Origin: Podarcis pityusensis | Lineage: Eukaryota | Reading direction: 5' to 3' (one strand) | Assembly (NCBI GenBank): GCA_964106645.2 | Contig: OZ067044.1 | DNA: 64,000 nucleotides | In this document: positions 1 through 12,038 of the stretch, piece by piece | Layout of the letters: each line of letters begins with the position of its first letter | Position numbering within the stretch: position 1 is the first letter of the stretch | Position numbers and translations under genes: made by a program | The notes under the pieces: generated by a model | Database searches by the model: none | What the model saw: only the letters and a program-made list of their open reading frames with translations | What the model was told of the DNA's origin: nothing

Positions 1-632
1 AGATTGAAAACAGATTGCTCTTCCCGGTCCAGATTTTTCCCCAACACCAGCTCAGCAGATTTGGCACCATTTTCTTCAACTTGCACCTCCAGAGAAAAAT
101 GGCTACTGCCTGTGAGTTGGTAGGTCTGTATAGAATTTATCCCTAGGTCTGGATCCTGAGCTTCAGGCAGAGGGAACCGGGATCCAGCAGTAGATGCCTC
201 ACTGATTTTCAGTTCCTGTTTCCCCGATGAGAACTGGGGAGCATTATCGTTTATATCAATAATTTCCACTTGAACCCCATAGATCTCTATTTTGCTCTCA
301 ACTATAACATCAAAACTTAAAACACACCTTTCTGCCCTTCCACAGACTTCCTCTCTGTCTATTCTCTGAGAGGTTTGTAAATGGCCACTGTTGTAATTCA
401 AAGCAAAATACTGACTCGTACCTGACCTGGTAACAATCCGTAGTCCGTGGTCTGAAAGATGATTTCCATCCACGCCTAGATCCTTTGCAATATTCCCCAC
501 AAAAGAGCCTTTCTGCATCTCCTCAGGAATGGAATAATGAATCTTCCCAGAAACTATCTTCCAAGCAAGCACAATTATGAGGCATCGTAAGACCCTTTCT
601 TTGCAGATCCACAGCTTTTGATTTTCTTCCAT
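1..632 (-). CDS. PCDHG: Protocadherin gamma-type variable exon, 5' part only (signal peptide, EC1, most of EC2); runs off the window edge
   Basis: Not in the ORF track (no stop inside the window). Manual translation from the ATG at 632: MEENQKLWICKERVLRCLIIVLAWKIVSGKIHYSIPEEMQKGSFVGNIAKDLG...RIDREEVC...DINDNAPQF...ELVLGKNLDREEQ. CSE motif lies ~200 bp upstream. Confidence 0.9.
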   Translation of the reverse strand, partial: MEENQKLWICKERVLRCLIIVLAWKIVSGKIHYSIPEEMQKGSFVGNIAKDLGVDGNHLSDHGLRIVTRSGTSQYFALNYNSGHLQTSQRIDREEVCGRAERCVLSFDVIVESKIEIYGVQVEIIDINDNAPQFSSGKQELKISEASTAGSRFPLPEAQDPDLGINSIQTYQLTGSSHFSLEVQVEENGAKSAELVLGKNLDREEQSVFN

Positions 633-820
633 TATCTTGCAACACTATCTAGGACTCAGGAGCTTCTGGGTTTTAAATTAGTGGTTTTTAAAAAAATAAA
701 AAATAGAAGTCTCTCTTAACAGTGCCTACAATATCTGTGCAAGTTTGATGCATCAGATATTTTGTGCTTGTGTTTAAGAATACTGTGGCTGGGTTAGCTG
801 AATATCTGTCTTCCTGTGCC

Positions 821-866
821 AGATTAGTAAACAGCGACACTCAGAGGCTCAACTGAAAACTGGAGA
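821..866 (-). promoter_or_regulatory. cPcdh promoter conserved sequence element (CSE, CGCT box / CTCF site)
   Basis: Minus strand CCAGTTTTCAGTTGAGCCTCTGAGTGTCGCTGTTTACTAAT, ~200 bp upstream of ATG 632; aligns with the sites upstream of the other gamma exons. Confidence 0.85.
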
Positions 867-1658
867 TTATTTTTCCTACATTGGTAGTCCTGTATTTGCC
901 ATTATGAAACAATTATTTTGCTTTAAGAATGGGCATAACACGAGTATAAATTTTTATAAATAAAAAATTGCCCTAAAGAAACAACATCAAACATTTAGAC
1001 TTCAGATAAATTTGTACTGGTGGTTGTTGTCGGCTATTACAATTTTTTTAAAAAATAGACTGGTGTTTTAGGCATTTATTGACAACTCTGTATAAAATAG
1101 TGCGTATAAGAGATTATTCACTTATTTTAATAAAATAGGACTAAATTCCATGCATGAACACCAATGTTAATTCATTGGCTTCAATCTTCAAAAGTCAGGC
1201 ATCAGAGCCTTGAGAGCTATTTATTCTGATGCTCCACATTAGAATATCCTTCTATCATAGTTCACTAGATGGAATTACTATCTATTAAAGCATATAGAAT
1301 TTTTGTCACTGATCTGATGTTTCCATCAGATTTGCCCAGTCTGTAGCCTAGCGACAAAGAAATAAAGGTTACTTTAAAATATGTAGAATTAGATGTGGGT
1401 CTTTTCTTCCTTAGCCTATGTAAATGTAGTTACGGTAGTTATGCTTAAACCCTTTCAGTGTAGAAATAGTTATGTCCATGGTGGAAGGAAGAAGTTTGTG
1501 TTCCAAGCTATACTGAAGGAATGGGTTTCTGTGTAGTAAGTTTAAAAACTGACTCAACCCTCCCCCCTTTTGTTCTTTCAAAAGAGAGCACTTTTAAATG
1601 CGTAAAACTTGAACTGTTGAGCAAAACCATAATAAGGACACAACTGCATAAACAGTTC

Positions 1659-2233
1659 TGTCCTTTATCAGGACAGGCAAGGGATGGCCTTGGCTCCCCA
1701 GGGGAACAACGAAAACACATCAGAACTTTATCTTATGTGCTGACCACAAAGACGCGCAGACCCACGTCTGGGAATAACGCCAGAGTGTGTTCTTGGAAAT
1801 GGTGACCTCTGCGTCCCAGATAAGAGTAGGAAGAGGAAGATCCTTTTATGGTCAGAAGTACAGGAAGGAAGATCCTTTTATGGTTGAGAGTACCAGAGCA
1901 GGAACATATGTGATGTCAACCTGTGTACGTAGGCCGACGTGGTTGGGCTCCTAGGGGAGGAGTGAGAGGGTGCCTGGAGGATATATAAACTGCATGAAAC
2001 CTGTCATTTCTTTGGACTTGCTGTGGACTTGATCATGCAAGTGCCTTCTGCTATCCGGAGAGCAGAATAAACTCTTTCTTTGAACCAACTCGGTGTCATT
2101 TTGACTTCCTTCCTCCTGTCACGGAGCAACGCAGACCCAATCGGTGAACTCCAATAAGGCTTCAATACAAATAAATCTATACTTATTTGTGCTTGTGAAT
2201 CGTCCTTTAAGACTTCTGGAGGAAGGATATACA
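1659..2233 (+). mobile_element. Possible solo LTR
   Basis: TG...CA candidate ends, TATA-like GGATATATAAA near 1980, AATAAA near 2170, internal direct repeat AGGAAGATCCTTTTATGGT x2, locally CpG-richer. No clear TSD; boundaries uncertain. Confidence 0.35.
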
Positions 2234-2729
2234 CATGCCCTGTAAGAGAGCTGAAGCTAGGAGCAGCCGCCATCGTGGGCAGTTATCCCTTTGTAAGAAA
2301 GGGAGATCACTTACCTCAGCCAGTGAGGATGAAGTTTGGCCATCTCTGTAAGGCCCTGAGCCCTTAACTGCAGGTCAGGACTGAGGTTTGATTTAAAAAT
2401 TCAAAACAAACTACACAGTTCCCAAAGGTGTAATTCCCTGTCTGCTTTGCTTCTTTTACTTTATAAAGGACTTGTTCCTTTCATTTCCCTGAGTTGTTGG
2501 TGTTGACAGCCTTTTGGGAAGGCAGCTGTGGAGCTGAAGCCAGTGGACAGAGGCAGTCTTCCTCCCATTGTGGCCAGTAGCCAGGCCAAGGCTCTGATGG
2601 CAACCAAGGAAGGAGTGGCACTATTTTTTCATTTTGTGTCATTTATGTAAATTGTGCTGTTTATGTAAAAACCTAGTACATGTCAATTTATCATTTGATG
2701 TTTCTCTGCATTTGCTGTGACTGTGAGAC

Positions 2730-3086
2730 CATACCCTCCAGCATTTCTCTAATGAAAAAAGGGATGTCCAGTGTCATTTTCCTAGAAAAAGAGGTTCTGG
2801 AACTCACCATGAATGCCTCCCTTGTTCTCTTGCAATGGCGCCCACCTGAGAGGTGCTGGAACTGATTTCTGGTGAGTTCTGGCTGAAAAAAAGCCCCTTG
2901 GCCATCCCATTCCATGTCCCTCCAACATTTCTCCGATGAAAATACGGACATACCCTCCAACATTTCTTTGATGAAAATAGGAACATCCTAAGGAAAAGTG
3001 GGACATTGCAGGATCAGATCAGAAACCAGGATGGCTTCTGTAAATCTGGAGCTGTTCTTGGAAAATAGGGGTACTTGGAGGGTCTG
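2730..3086. mobile_element. Non-autonomous DNA-transposon-like element with ~33-bp subrepeats and a nested TIR element (~2770-2899)
   Basis: Ends CATACCCTCCA / TGGAGGGTCTG are inverted. Three copies of CCCTCCARCATTTCTYYRATGAAAA. The inner segment is bounded by imperfect inverted ends. Confidence 0.5.
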
Positions 3087-3332
3087 TGAGTCCTTCCAGA
3101 GACCCTGAATAAATTTCTTTGGCACAGAAAAGCACAGTGGAATTTCATAAATGAGTAGCATTTGCTTTCAATAATCATCTCTTAACATTTTGTTCTAAAA
3201 TATTTATGGGAAATGTTCAGTTAAGACACATGTTTATTTTCCATTTTAAAGGAAACCTTTTCAAGAATATGACCATAGATAGTCTAAAGATTTAGAAGAC
3301 TAAATGTGGTAGACAATACCACACTGAATGAA

Positions 3333-3555
3333 GGCAGAGGGCAGAGGGCCTTCTTGGTAGTGGCGCCCTCCCTGTGGAACACCCTCCCACCAGATGTCAA
3401 AGAGAACAACAACTACCAGACTTTTAGAAGACATCTGAAGGCAGCCCTGTTTAGGGAAGCTTTTAATGTTTGATGCATTACAGCATTTTAATATTTTGTT
3501 GGAAGCCGCCCAGAGTGGCTGGGGAAGCCCAGCCAGATGGGTGGGGTATAAATAA

Positions 3556-3588
<33 letters not shown>

Positions 3589-3589
3589 T
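3333..3589 (+). mobile_element. L2/CR1-group LINE 3' end with (ATT)n tail
   Basis: Highly similar to 62690-62885 (GGCAGAGGGCCTTCTTGG...AGAAGACATCTGAA...CCCAGAGTGGCT); ends in an ATT microsatellite. Confidence 0.75.
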
Positions 3590-5858
3590 GCCTGAATTCA
3601 TGTAATGCAGTTTCCTTTGCCATCAAAGCTCGCTTCAAGCAATAATAGTAAATGGTAAGTACATTATTGAGACAGTAGTACAAGGATGCAAGGCTGGCAC
3701 CACCACACATACCCCTCTGTGGCTGGTTCCATGGCCTTCCAACTTGTGGTAGATGACTGAAGCCTTTTGTGCATCTAGAGGCACCAATCTATGGGAAGTG
3801 GAAGCAGCTGAGCAGATGTTCTCTGCCAGTGAGGGACCACCACATTCTTCACCAGAGCACACAAGGCCTCTGGAAGGGCTTCTTAATGTCACATAACTGA
3901 AGCATTACATAGGAACATTGTGTCCCATTGCTGCCACTGCTTGTAGAACCAGCTAAACTGGCTGCATATGCACACCCACCCACAGAATCCAAGGAACTGT
4001 AGGTTGTTAAGGATGCTGGGAATTTTAGCTCTGAGAGGAGTAAAATATGGCTCCCAGGATTCTTTGGGGAAAGCCATGTGCTTTAAGTGTGTGCTGTGTA
4101 CACAGCCTAAAAGGGAGGGGGAATTTGCTGCTGTTGCTTTCCCTAGTAAGCTCCTTACCCCATTTCTCAACATTTGTCCTCCTTAGCACCACAATGTCCC
4201 GATTTCCATTGTAAAAAGTTAATTTTGAAAGCTCATTCAGCTCAGCTCTATATTTCAACATGTACAGGATCCTATCTGAATTTTAACATAGCCTTTTCAT
4301 GTGGGTAATTTAATATGACCTGATGAAGGGAGTCATTGAACCTTCATTGCTGTTTAGTGTTGGAGCCTCGACCACTGGAGAATCCTTCAGTGAATGCTTT
4401 CTTAGATTCACCTGTCACACACCAATGTGGAAATCATTAGACCAAAAAGTACCAACAAAGGAGCTTCTGTGTGCACGTATATAACATTGAGGCCAACATA
4501 GATTAAGATCATGAAATTAATTACTGCGATGCGATCTAAATACTGAAACTTGATATGTACCAGTTTCGATTCACCTTACGAAATCCATAGAACCATGACC
4601 ACTAAAAAGGAGGAACAGATTAAAGCAAAATTGATTTTTTAGAATGATAGTAACTGTACTTCTAATCTCAGGACCATAATCCAGAGAAAGATTAAATCAA
4701 TCAAGTTTATGTCTGTTTTACACACTTACTGATTTCAATACCAACCTCACTGCAGTGTGCCAACATCACTGCTGCAGTGCCCCCTCATGGTAAAGGGCAG
4801 CAACTCACCTGCCAGGAGGTCAGGCTGCCCACCATGCTCTGTCCACTGCTGCCTGAAGCTATGCATGAATGATTTGAACTCTCCTCATAAGGATGCATTT
4901 TCATCACTGAAAATCGTTATTGTCCTTCTCCACACTTTTTTCAGTCATGCTATAACTTTTTATGGTGGAAGTAATCCAAACTGCATGATATTGGTGGCTA
5001 CATGATTATAACAACATTATCTTCTTGCATTGCAATGAGCCAACCATTTCAAGGAACTCCAAAATAACTTTTATTGAGTTTCAGTAGCAAAAGTTGTACA
5101 TTCCTAAACAAAACCTCATGTGAATGCTGTTCTATCACTTGCATGCCCTCTTATCTGCTGAAAAGATAACTGTGGGCAAGCGTTCTGCTGGAGGATCACT
5201 GAGTGGTTTGGCTACAAACCTGAGTAGCTTCACAGAAAAGAGACAAATGTCTGTTCTGGCAGACCATCCATCACTGACAACCGTATTATAAAAGGTTAAA
5301 AAGAAATACTAGGTCACAAAGCTGTGCTGATGTATGTGCCTGTCTATTGCCTTAAATATAGTTCAGATTGTATGCAGCTGACCAGACCTTAGTATTGCTC
5401 CTTTCCCCTCTCCAGCAACCTCCTGCATTGTGGCAGGCAAGTGGAAAAGCCAAGGATCGTTGCCAGCCTCCTAAACACTTCTGTGATAGAACAAAGAATA
5501 TTGGCCTTCCTGTGACTGTTTCTAACCTGGTCAGAAGGTGGATTTCAATATAAGTTATGCACAATAAAGGTCTTTAGGAATAGTACACAAGTTTCCTTTC
5601 AAAACAAAATCTGATCCAGCTTTCCGTTATCCTTAGAAAAATTGTTTAAAATATGACATAGATCAAAATACATTATTTATTAGAATCAATAAAGTAAGTG
5701 CTTCATCATTTAATGAAACACCATCTCTCTTTACATCTTTATTACAGAAAGCATAAACAGATTTTTCCAGGATTTGTTATTTTAGAAATTCTTTTAAATT
5801 TCATAAAATAGAACCTATTGAATAATGAGGGCCAAAGTATTGAAACTTATGTGCTCAC

Positions 5859-8288
5859 CTGATGGGTTGCTGCCTCCTCCGTACCCGTGTTAGAATCACC
5901 TATGAGTAACACAGGGGCTGGCTTATCTGGAGCCTGTTGTGGTGTCAGAGTATTGGTACAGCTTCCGATTGGAAAAAGAATCTGACTTTTCCGAGAGCCT
6001 GAAGTCAGTGAAACCTCATGGCAATAAGACTGAAGAAATGCCCGGACTCCATCAATCCCCACAAATTGAGAGATGGGAGCACCATCAAAATGCACACTTC
6101 CATTGTCACATAGCTGAGAATTTTTCCACCTGCGAAGTTTGAGTGCCAGTAACACAAGGAGGAAGGCGAGGAACAAGCAGGAGACAAAAGCCACTGCAGT
6201 CACCAAGTAGAAGGTGAGATCTGACTGTGGGTCTTCAGATACTGGGACGCTGCTCAGATCAGTCAGCATGTCAGGGATGCTGTCAGCCAAGACCACAGTG
6301 ACAGTGACTGATGCCGACATTGGAGGCTGCCCATTGTCCTTGACTAAAACCACCAGGCTTTGCTTGAGGGCATCTTTCTCCAGAAAGAATCGGGCTGTCC
6401 TGATCTCTCCCGTGTGGAGCCCCAGAGTGAAGAGCCCTGGCTCGGTGGCCTTGATCAGCTGGTAGGAGAGCCAGGCATTCTGGCCAGAGTCCGCATCCAC
6501 GGCCACCACCTTAGTGACCAGGTAGCCTGGCTCAGAGGAGCGAGGGGCCAGCTCTATCCCTGTGGAGCCATCAGTGGGAGGGGAGGGGTACAGGATTTGG
6601 GGAGCATTGTCGTTCTGGTCCAGGATGAAGAGCGTCACTGAGACGTTGGAGCTGAGTGGTGGAGAACCTCCGTCCTGAGCCCCTACATGGAACTTAATCT
6701 CCCGAAACTCTTCATAATCAAAGGTTTTCAAGGCATAGCCAACCCCTGTTTCCGAATTAATGGAAAGGTAGGAGGAGAGTGAGGAATCAAACATTTGACT
6801 TTCAATGATGGAATAGGTTGTTTTTGAATTTCCCCCCCAGTCTGGATCCTCTGTTTTCAGAGAAAATATAGAGTCCCCTCTCTGGTTGTTCTCCACAAGG
6901 TAAAAAGTATATTCTGGTTGCATAAAGTATGGAGCATTGTCATTCTTGTCTAAAACCTGAAGGAGGATTAAAGTGGTTGATGAAAGAGGTGGCATCCCTT
7001 GATCTGAGGCTGTGATGGTGATGTTGTAGGCTGCTACTTGCTCCCTGTCCAGCGGTCTAGCAATGACCATAGTGTAATAGTTAGCATTTGCTTTTGTTAA
7101 TTGGAAAGGGATATTACTAGGAATAGAACATATGACTTTCCCATTCTCTCCAGAATCATCATCGTGCACGTTTATCAAGGCAATGGCAGTTCCAGCTTCA
7201 GAATCCTCAGGAACTGAATTGGCAAGTGACCTGACAGCTATTTCAGGTGCGTTGTCATTAACATCACTTACAAAAATCACAGCTTTTGATATATTAAATA
7301 GTCCTCCCCCATCAATGGCCTGAATCTCTATTTCATACAGTGTAGATTCTTCATAATCCAGCTTCCCCACAAGAATAATTTCACCTGTCTCTGAGTTTAT
7401 GTGGAAGTTCTGAGAAGCTATGTCAGATATTTTTCTGAAGGAGTATGTTATTTCTCTGTTGATTCCTTCATCCAGGTCAGTGGCTTTTACTGTGACTACT
7501 GTATAGCCTGTGGGCACATTTTCTGCAATGGTCACTTTGTATACAGGTTGGCTAAAAATGGGTGCATTGTCATTTGCATCAAGGACAATAATATGGATTT
7601 GGGTTGTGCCAGATTTGGGTGGATCCCCCCCATCAAAGGCGGTGAGAATAAGGTCATGCACATTTTGTTCTTCTCGGTCCAATGATGTTTCCAGTACAAT
7701 CTCTGCATATATTGCACTATCCAATCCAGTTTGCACATCCAGAGAAAAGTGTTTGTTTGCACTGAGTTTATAATTCTGGACAGAATTCATCCCTAAATCT
7801 GGATCCTGGGCATCTTCCAGACGGAATCGTGTCCCACCTTCAGTCATCTCACTGATTTTTATCTGGAGTTGAGCTGATTTGAAGCTTGGAGCATTGTCGT
7901 TGACATCAATTATTTCTACTTCAATTGTATAAATCTTCATTGCATCTTCTATAATAACTTCACAATTAAAGAGACATCTTTGTATCTGGGGACAGGTCTG
8001 CTCTCTATCCAGTCTTTCCTTCATGTATAAATGGCCATTCTTATTGTTTAAAGCAAAATATTCCATCTTACCTCTGCAAACAAAGCTGACTCCATAATGT
8101 GAAAAATCCTTTATATCCAGTCTAAGATCCTTTGCAATATTCCCCACAAAGGAACCTTTTGGCATTTCCTCAGGAACTGAATAATGAATCTGTTCAGCAG
8201 CAGTCTCACATGCGATGCAAAAAAATATGATGGAAATGAAAGCTGTGTCCTTGTAGAACCTAAGACAGAAATGTGTTGCAATAGCCAT
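5859..8288 (-). CDS. PCDHGA: Protocadherin gamma-A-like variable exon (signal peptide, EC1-EC6, TM, variable cytoplasmic region), 810 codons to the splice donor
   Basis: ORF 5847..8288; six cadherin repeats (DRE, DxNDNxPxF, AxDxD). Gamma-A signatures DQNDNAPQILYPSPPTDGSTGIELAPRS and FVGIDGVRAFLQSYCHEVSLT. Donor CAG|GTGAGC at 5859/5858, phase 0. Confidence 0.95.
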
Positions 8289-8474
8289 TTCCAGATGTTA
8301 TCTTCTTACTTTCAGTCCCTTAAACCTGGATGGTCCAATATCTTAGCAAAAATAAAATAAAATAAAATAGCAAATCCAATGGATCTAGATCTTCTTTGTT
8401 TCTGTTCCCTTGCATTCTCTTTCTAGGTGGAGCAGCAGCACTGAGATGGCAACATCTCTCATTGCATTTCTCTG

Positions 8475-8520
8475 CCTGGTTAGGGAGCAGCGACATCCAG
8501 AGTCTCAACCAAAAACTGCA
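8475..8520 (-). promoter_or_regulatory. CSE / CTCF site of the 5859-8288 exon
   Basis: Minus strand TGCAGTTTTTGGTTGAGACTCTGGATGTCGCTGCTCCCTAACC: CGCT box plus upstream TGCAG module, ~200 bp from the ATG. Confidence 0.88.
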
Positions 8521-10155
8521 CCAGCATGTTACAATAATTCCTCAGATGGGGTGTATGCCTTTTGTACTTTCATTCTGATATAGGAATATCTATCATTCCA
8601 AGCAAATGATCCTCCTGGGAGAAGCTCCAAAGTAAAACAACTCAGAGGATCTTGCTTTACTTACAATAACAATGCAGAAATTGTCCAGCATGTTCCTATT
8701 GCAATGCATTTAGGTACATGCTCATATATGCTAGTGATGTTGGTTGAGATTTACAAATTATAATTGTCTTCTTCTCTCCTCCCACCCCATAGCAAGCAAT
8801 GGACACGGGGCAGTCAGGTGCATGACCCAAACATTTCAGTTATTGATTCAAAAAAAATGTGGATTACACTGCAGCAAACTGTAGCTTTTTATATAGGTAT
8901 GCTGTGTCCTAGGTATTTTGCATGGTGCTTTATATTATGACAGGATTATTTTATGGATGATTCCCACCTACCCAAACATCTCACATACACTTTTAATGAT
9001 CAGTGTGCTAATTATTATATTTCCTAAATATAACGAAGTCCCACTTGTATAGCTGTTATCCAGGTAACAGGATTACAGTTCCACACAGTCATTCTGGTAG
9101 CACAGCAACCTTATGTGTATTCCATATGTTCTAAAAAAATATTCAGTGTCAAAATTTCTGTTATATGTAACACCGAAACATACATTAAAAAAACAACTGA
9201 ATGAAATCTGGTACTGTATTGCATAGCTTATTGCATATGTTGTTGTTATTTGCTGGTGTATTGAATTTGAGTTTGTTTTAGCATTGTGTAAAATGGTTGG
9301 AAATGGCTATTGAGTGTGGTGATCCCAGTGTGAACAAGGAAAAAAATGCCCTATAGCCTCTCCATAGCGCTTCCACTTCTTTGCTCCCCTGCAGGTATGC
9401 AGTGTGGCTTAGGATCAGCATTAATCTTTTAAACTTACCTCATATGGAAGACTTGTCTTTCTTGATAGTTTTCATTGGCCTTTTCTTTACTTCTTTTGAG
9501 TTGTGCTATATTCTTTTTAAGCATGATCAGGAACGGCACAATATTCTCGAAGCATGGTTGGACCTTTATAACAGCTTTTGCATTATGTTCTTGCTCTGTT
9601 CTGATTTCTGATTGACAACTGCAGTGCACTTACCTGACCATTTCAAGTGGCAATTCATAATGATTCCAAAAGGTCTTTATTGATAACTGGCAACTAATAC
9701 AATGCCAGTGCCCCTCACACAACACATTTTTTATTTGTACCTGTGATATAGTTCTATATTCCAGTGTAGCTCAAAGGTCCCATCTAGAGTGGCTGGAATT
9801 TCACACCACCACAGTGAACCCTAAATAGACAGCAATTCCCTGTTTTAGTTTTGAATATACATCCTTATGTTGGTTCATTTCTCTCACTGGCCAGAATTAG
9901 CTGGTTTTCTCTCTCTCTCTCGCTCACTTTTTAATTGTTTTTATTAAAGATTATTAAAGATTATCTTGGGCTACAAAAGTAGACATTGTCTTTATTTTCA
10001 GATCATAAAGTCCTTTCTGCAGATCAGTTATATTCTGATATGCACGTTCAGGGTTGTTAAGAAAGTGGAATAAGCTTCTAAGTAAATTTCTGATTTGCCA
10101 CAGAAACCACAGAACTGATCTCATGTTTTGACTAAGCAACAATTCAGCTCCACCA

Positions 10156-10290
10156 AAGATCCTTTGCAATATTCCCCACAAAGGAACCTTTTGGCATTTC
10201 CTTGGGAACTGAATAATGAATCTGTTCAGTTGCAGTCTCACATACGATGCAAAAATTACATATGATGGAAATGAAAACAGCATTTCCATG
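10156..10290 (-). pseudogene. Truncated relic of a gamma variable exon 5' end (signal peptide plus start of EC1)
   Basis: Near-copy of ~8124-8250, encoding ETATEQIHYSVPKEMPKGSFVGNIAKDL versus ETAAEQIHYSVPEEMPKGSFVGNIAKDL. No continuation and no CSE seen. Confidence 0.85.
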
Positions 10291-10319
10291 TGCTCTGGAA
10301 CTTATCATGGTGTCCTGTT

Positions 10320-10480
10320 GCACCAGAAGCAGTTTAGACATGCTGGCCACATGATCTGGAAAGCTGTCAAGAGAACAAACACCGGCTGCTTTGGCCTGAA
10401 GCAAGATGAGTGCTGCACCCCATAGTCGCCTTTGACTGGACTTAACCACCCAGGGGTCTTTTACCATTACCTTTACCTTT
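10320..10480 (+). mobile_element. Sauria SINE 3' fragment (diverged)
   Basis: CACCAGAAGCAGTTTAGACATGCTGGCCACATGA... ending in ACCTTT-type repeats; matches the 3' half of the full copies at 30317 and 52247. Confidence 0.75.
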
Positions 10481-10899
10481 TTTCCACTTTAACCAACCTC
10501 CTCTCCACCCATTTTTCAATACTGGATGCAGTGAAATGGCTATTACTGCACCCTGACATTATGGCACACAGCTTGTGAAACCAATCACTATTGCAAACAT
10601 ATGTGTTGGTACCAAGACACACTGGTCTTTTCATTACTGATCACAGTCCTATTAGGAGATGTTTTCCAATACAAATTGCTTAAAAGTAGTGTCTTCTGGA
10701 ACATGAGAGTCCTTCCTTCTGTTTATAAAGCCACCCCTCATCATTGATCCCAGGGGGAGCTACAACAAAATATAGATCTGAGCCAAGCAGGTCAAATACC
10801 ATAAAACATAAGACACAATACAAAACATGTAAAATATACACAGTAACTCTAATAAATGGACCATTACATTGCAGGTGATACCCTAACAGCTACTGGCCA

Positions 10900-11720
10900 C
10901 AGTACCAACCCCTCTCCAAAAGCCTGAACAAAGAGGTTTGTCCTTAAGTGGCAATAAGATAAGGGGCAAAAGTGAAGTTCTCAAACAAAGAAGGTTTTTT
11001 CCTGCATGCTCCCCCCTCCACTTCATTAGATAGGGGAACAATGAGAATGCACACAGAGAGAGAGATCAGACTGGACAGTTTCATACAGAAGCAAATATTC
11101 CTTCCTTGAATTGGGGTCAGAAATGTACAGACGCTCAGCATCAGTTCTTCAGGACCAGTGCTGTTTGGACAAGACTGGCTGTACCATTCAGCAATCTGGG
11201 AGGTGCATTCTGTGCTTAGCTGTATCTTCTGAGCCATCTACAGAGATAGCTCCATGTAGCATGCATTATAGTAATCCATTCAGGGGATTACCTGAGCCTG
11301 GATCGCAGCAGCAGAACAACTGTAGCTGAAGAACCTGTCAAAGCAGGTAATAGATATTCTTTGTCAGATATGTCACTTCAGACTCCAGTGACAATGTAGA
11401 ATTCAACAACAGCCCCAGACTACAATGTGGTTCCTTTAAAGACAATTGTTACCTCTTCCAGAACAGGTCATCAACCTAGTCCTCAGATTTGGAAACTGCC
11501 AACCTACCATGCCTGCATCTTGTCAGAATTTAGCTTCAACTTAATGGCCCATATCCAGCTCAATACTACCTGCAGATAGTGATTCAGGACCTGAACGGGT
11601 TCTCTTGCTTCTGATGATATGCAAAAAAATGGACCTGAGTGTCATCTAAGTGTCAATGACACTGCCCTCCAAATCCCTTGATGACACCCCGAGAAGCTTC
11701 TTACAACCATCTTATAGAAA
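10900..11720 (-). mobile_element. Degraded L2-type LINE reverse transcriptase remnant
   Basis: Minus-strand translation near 11515-11560 gives WIWAIKLKLNSDKMQ, resembling the WMxxNKLKLNPDKT motif of L2/CR1 RT. Boundaries approximate. Confidence 0.45.
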
Positions 11721-12038
11721 TTCCGCAAGTAAGATTACTTTGATGCAATACATGATCTGGCTTTGCTATTCCCGTCAGTAGCAAATTTTACACTCAGAGG
11801 AATCATTAAAACACTACCTAGATAAAATGCAATATTTATTTAAATTAATGAAGTAGTTGCTTCATCTGTTAAAAAAAGGAAATGACACTAAAATTTATTG
11901 CAAATAATTAAATTAAGCTTTGTAATTTTTAAAAAATAATTAAATTACATAAAATGAAACCTATTGAATAAGGACAAATAAAAGAACTGACTTTCTGAAC
12001 TTTAAAATAAACGGAAGTACTGAAATTCATGTACTCAC

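Noticed and set aside
6214-6641. Recurrent plus-strand ORFs antisense to EC6 (83/93 aa in gamma; 106-211 aa in beta)
   Set aside because: They recur only because the underlying DNA is homogenised and GC-rich at third positions; there is no independent coding signal.
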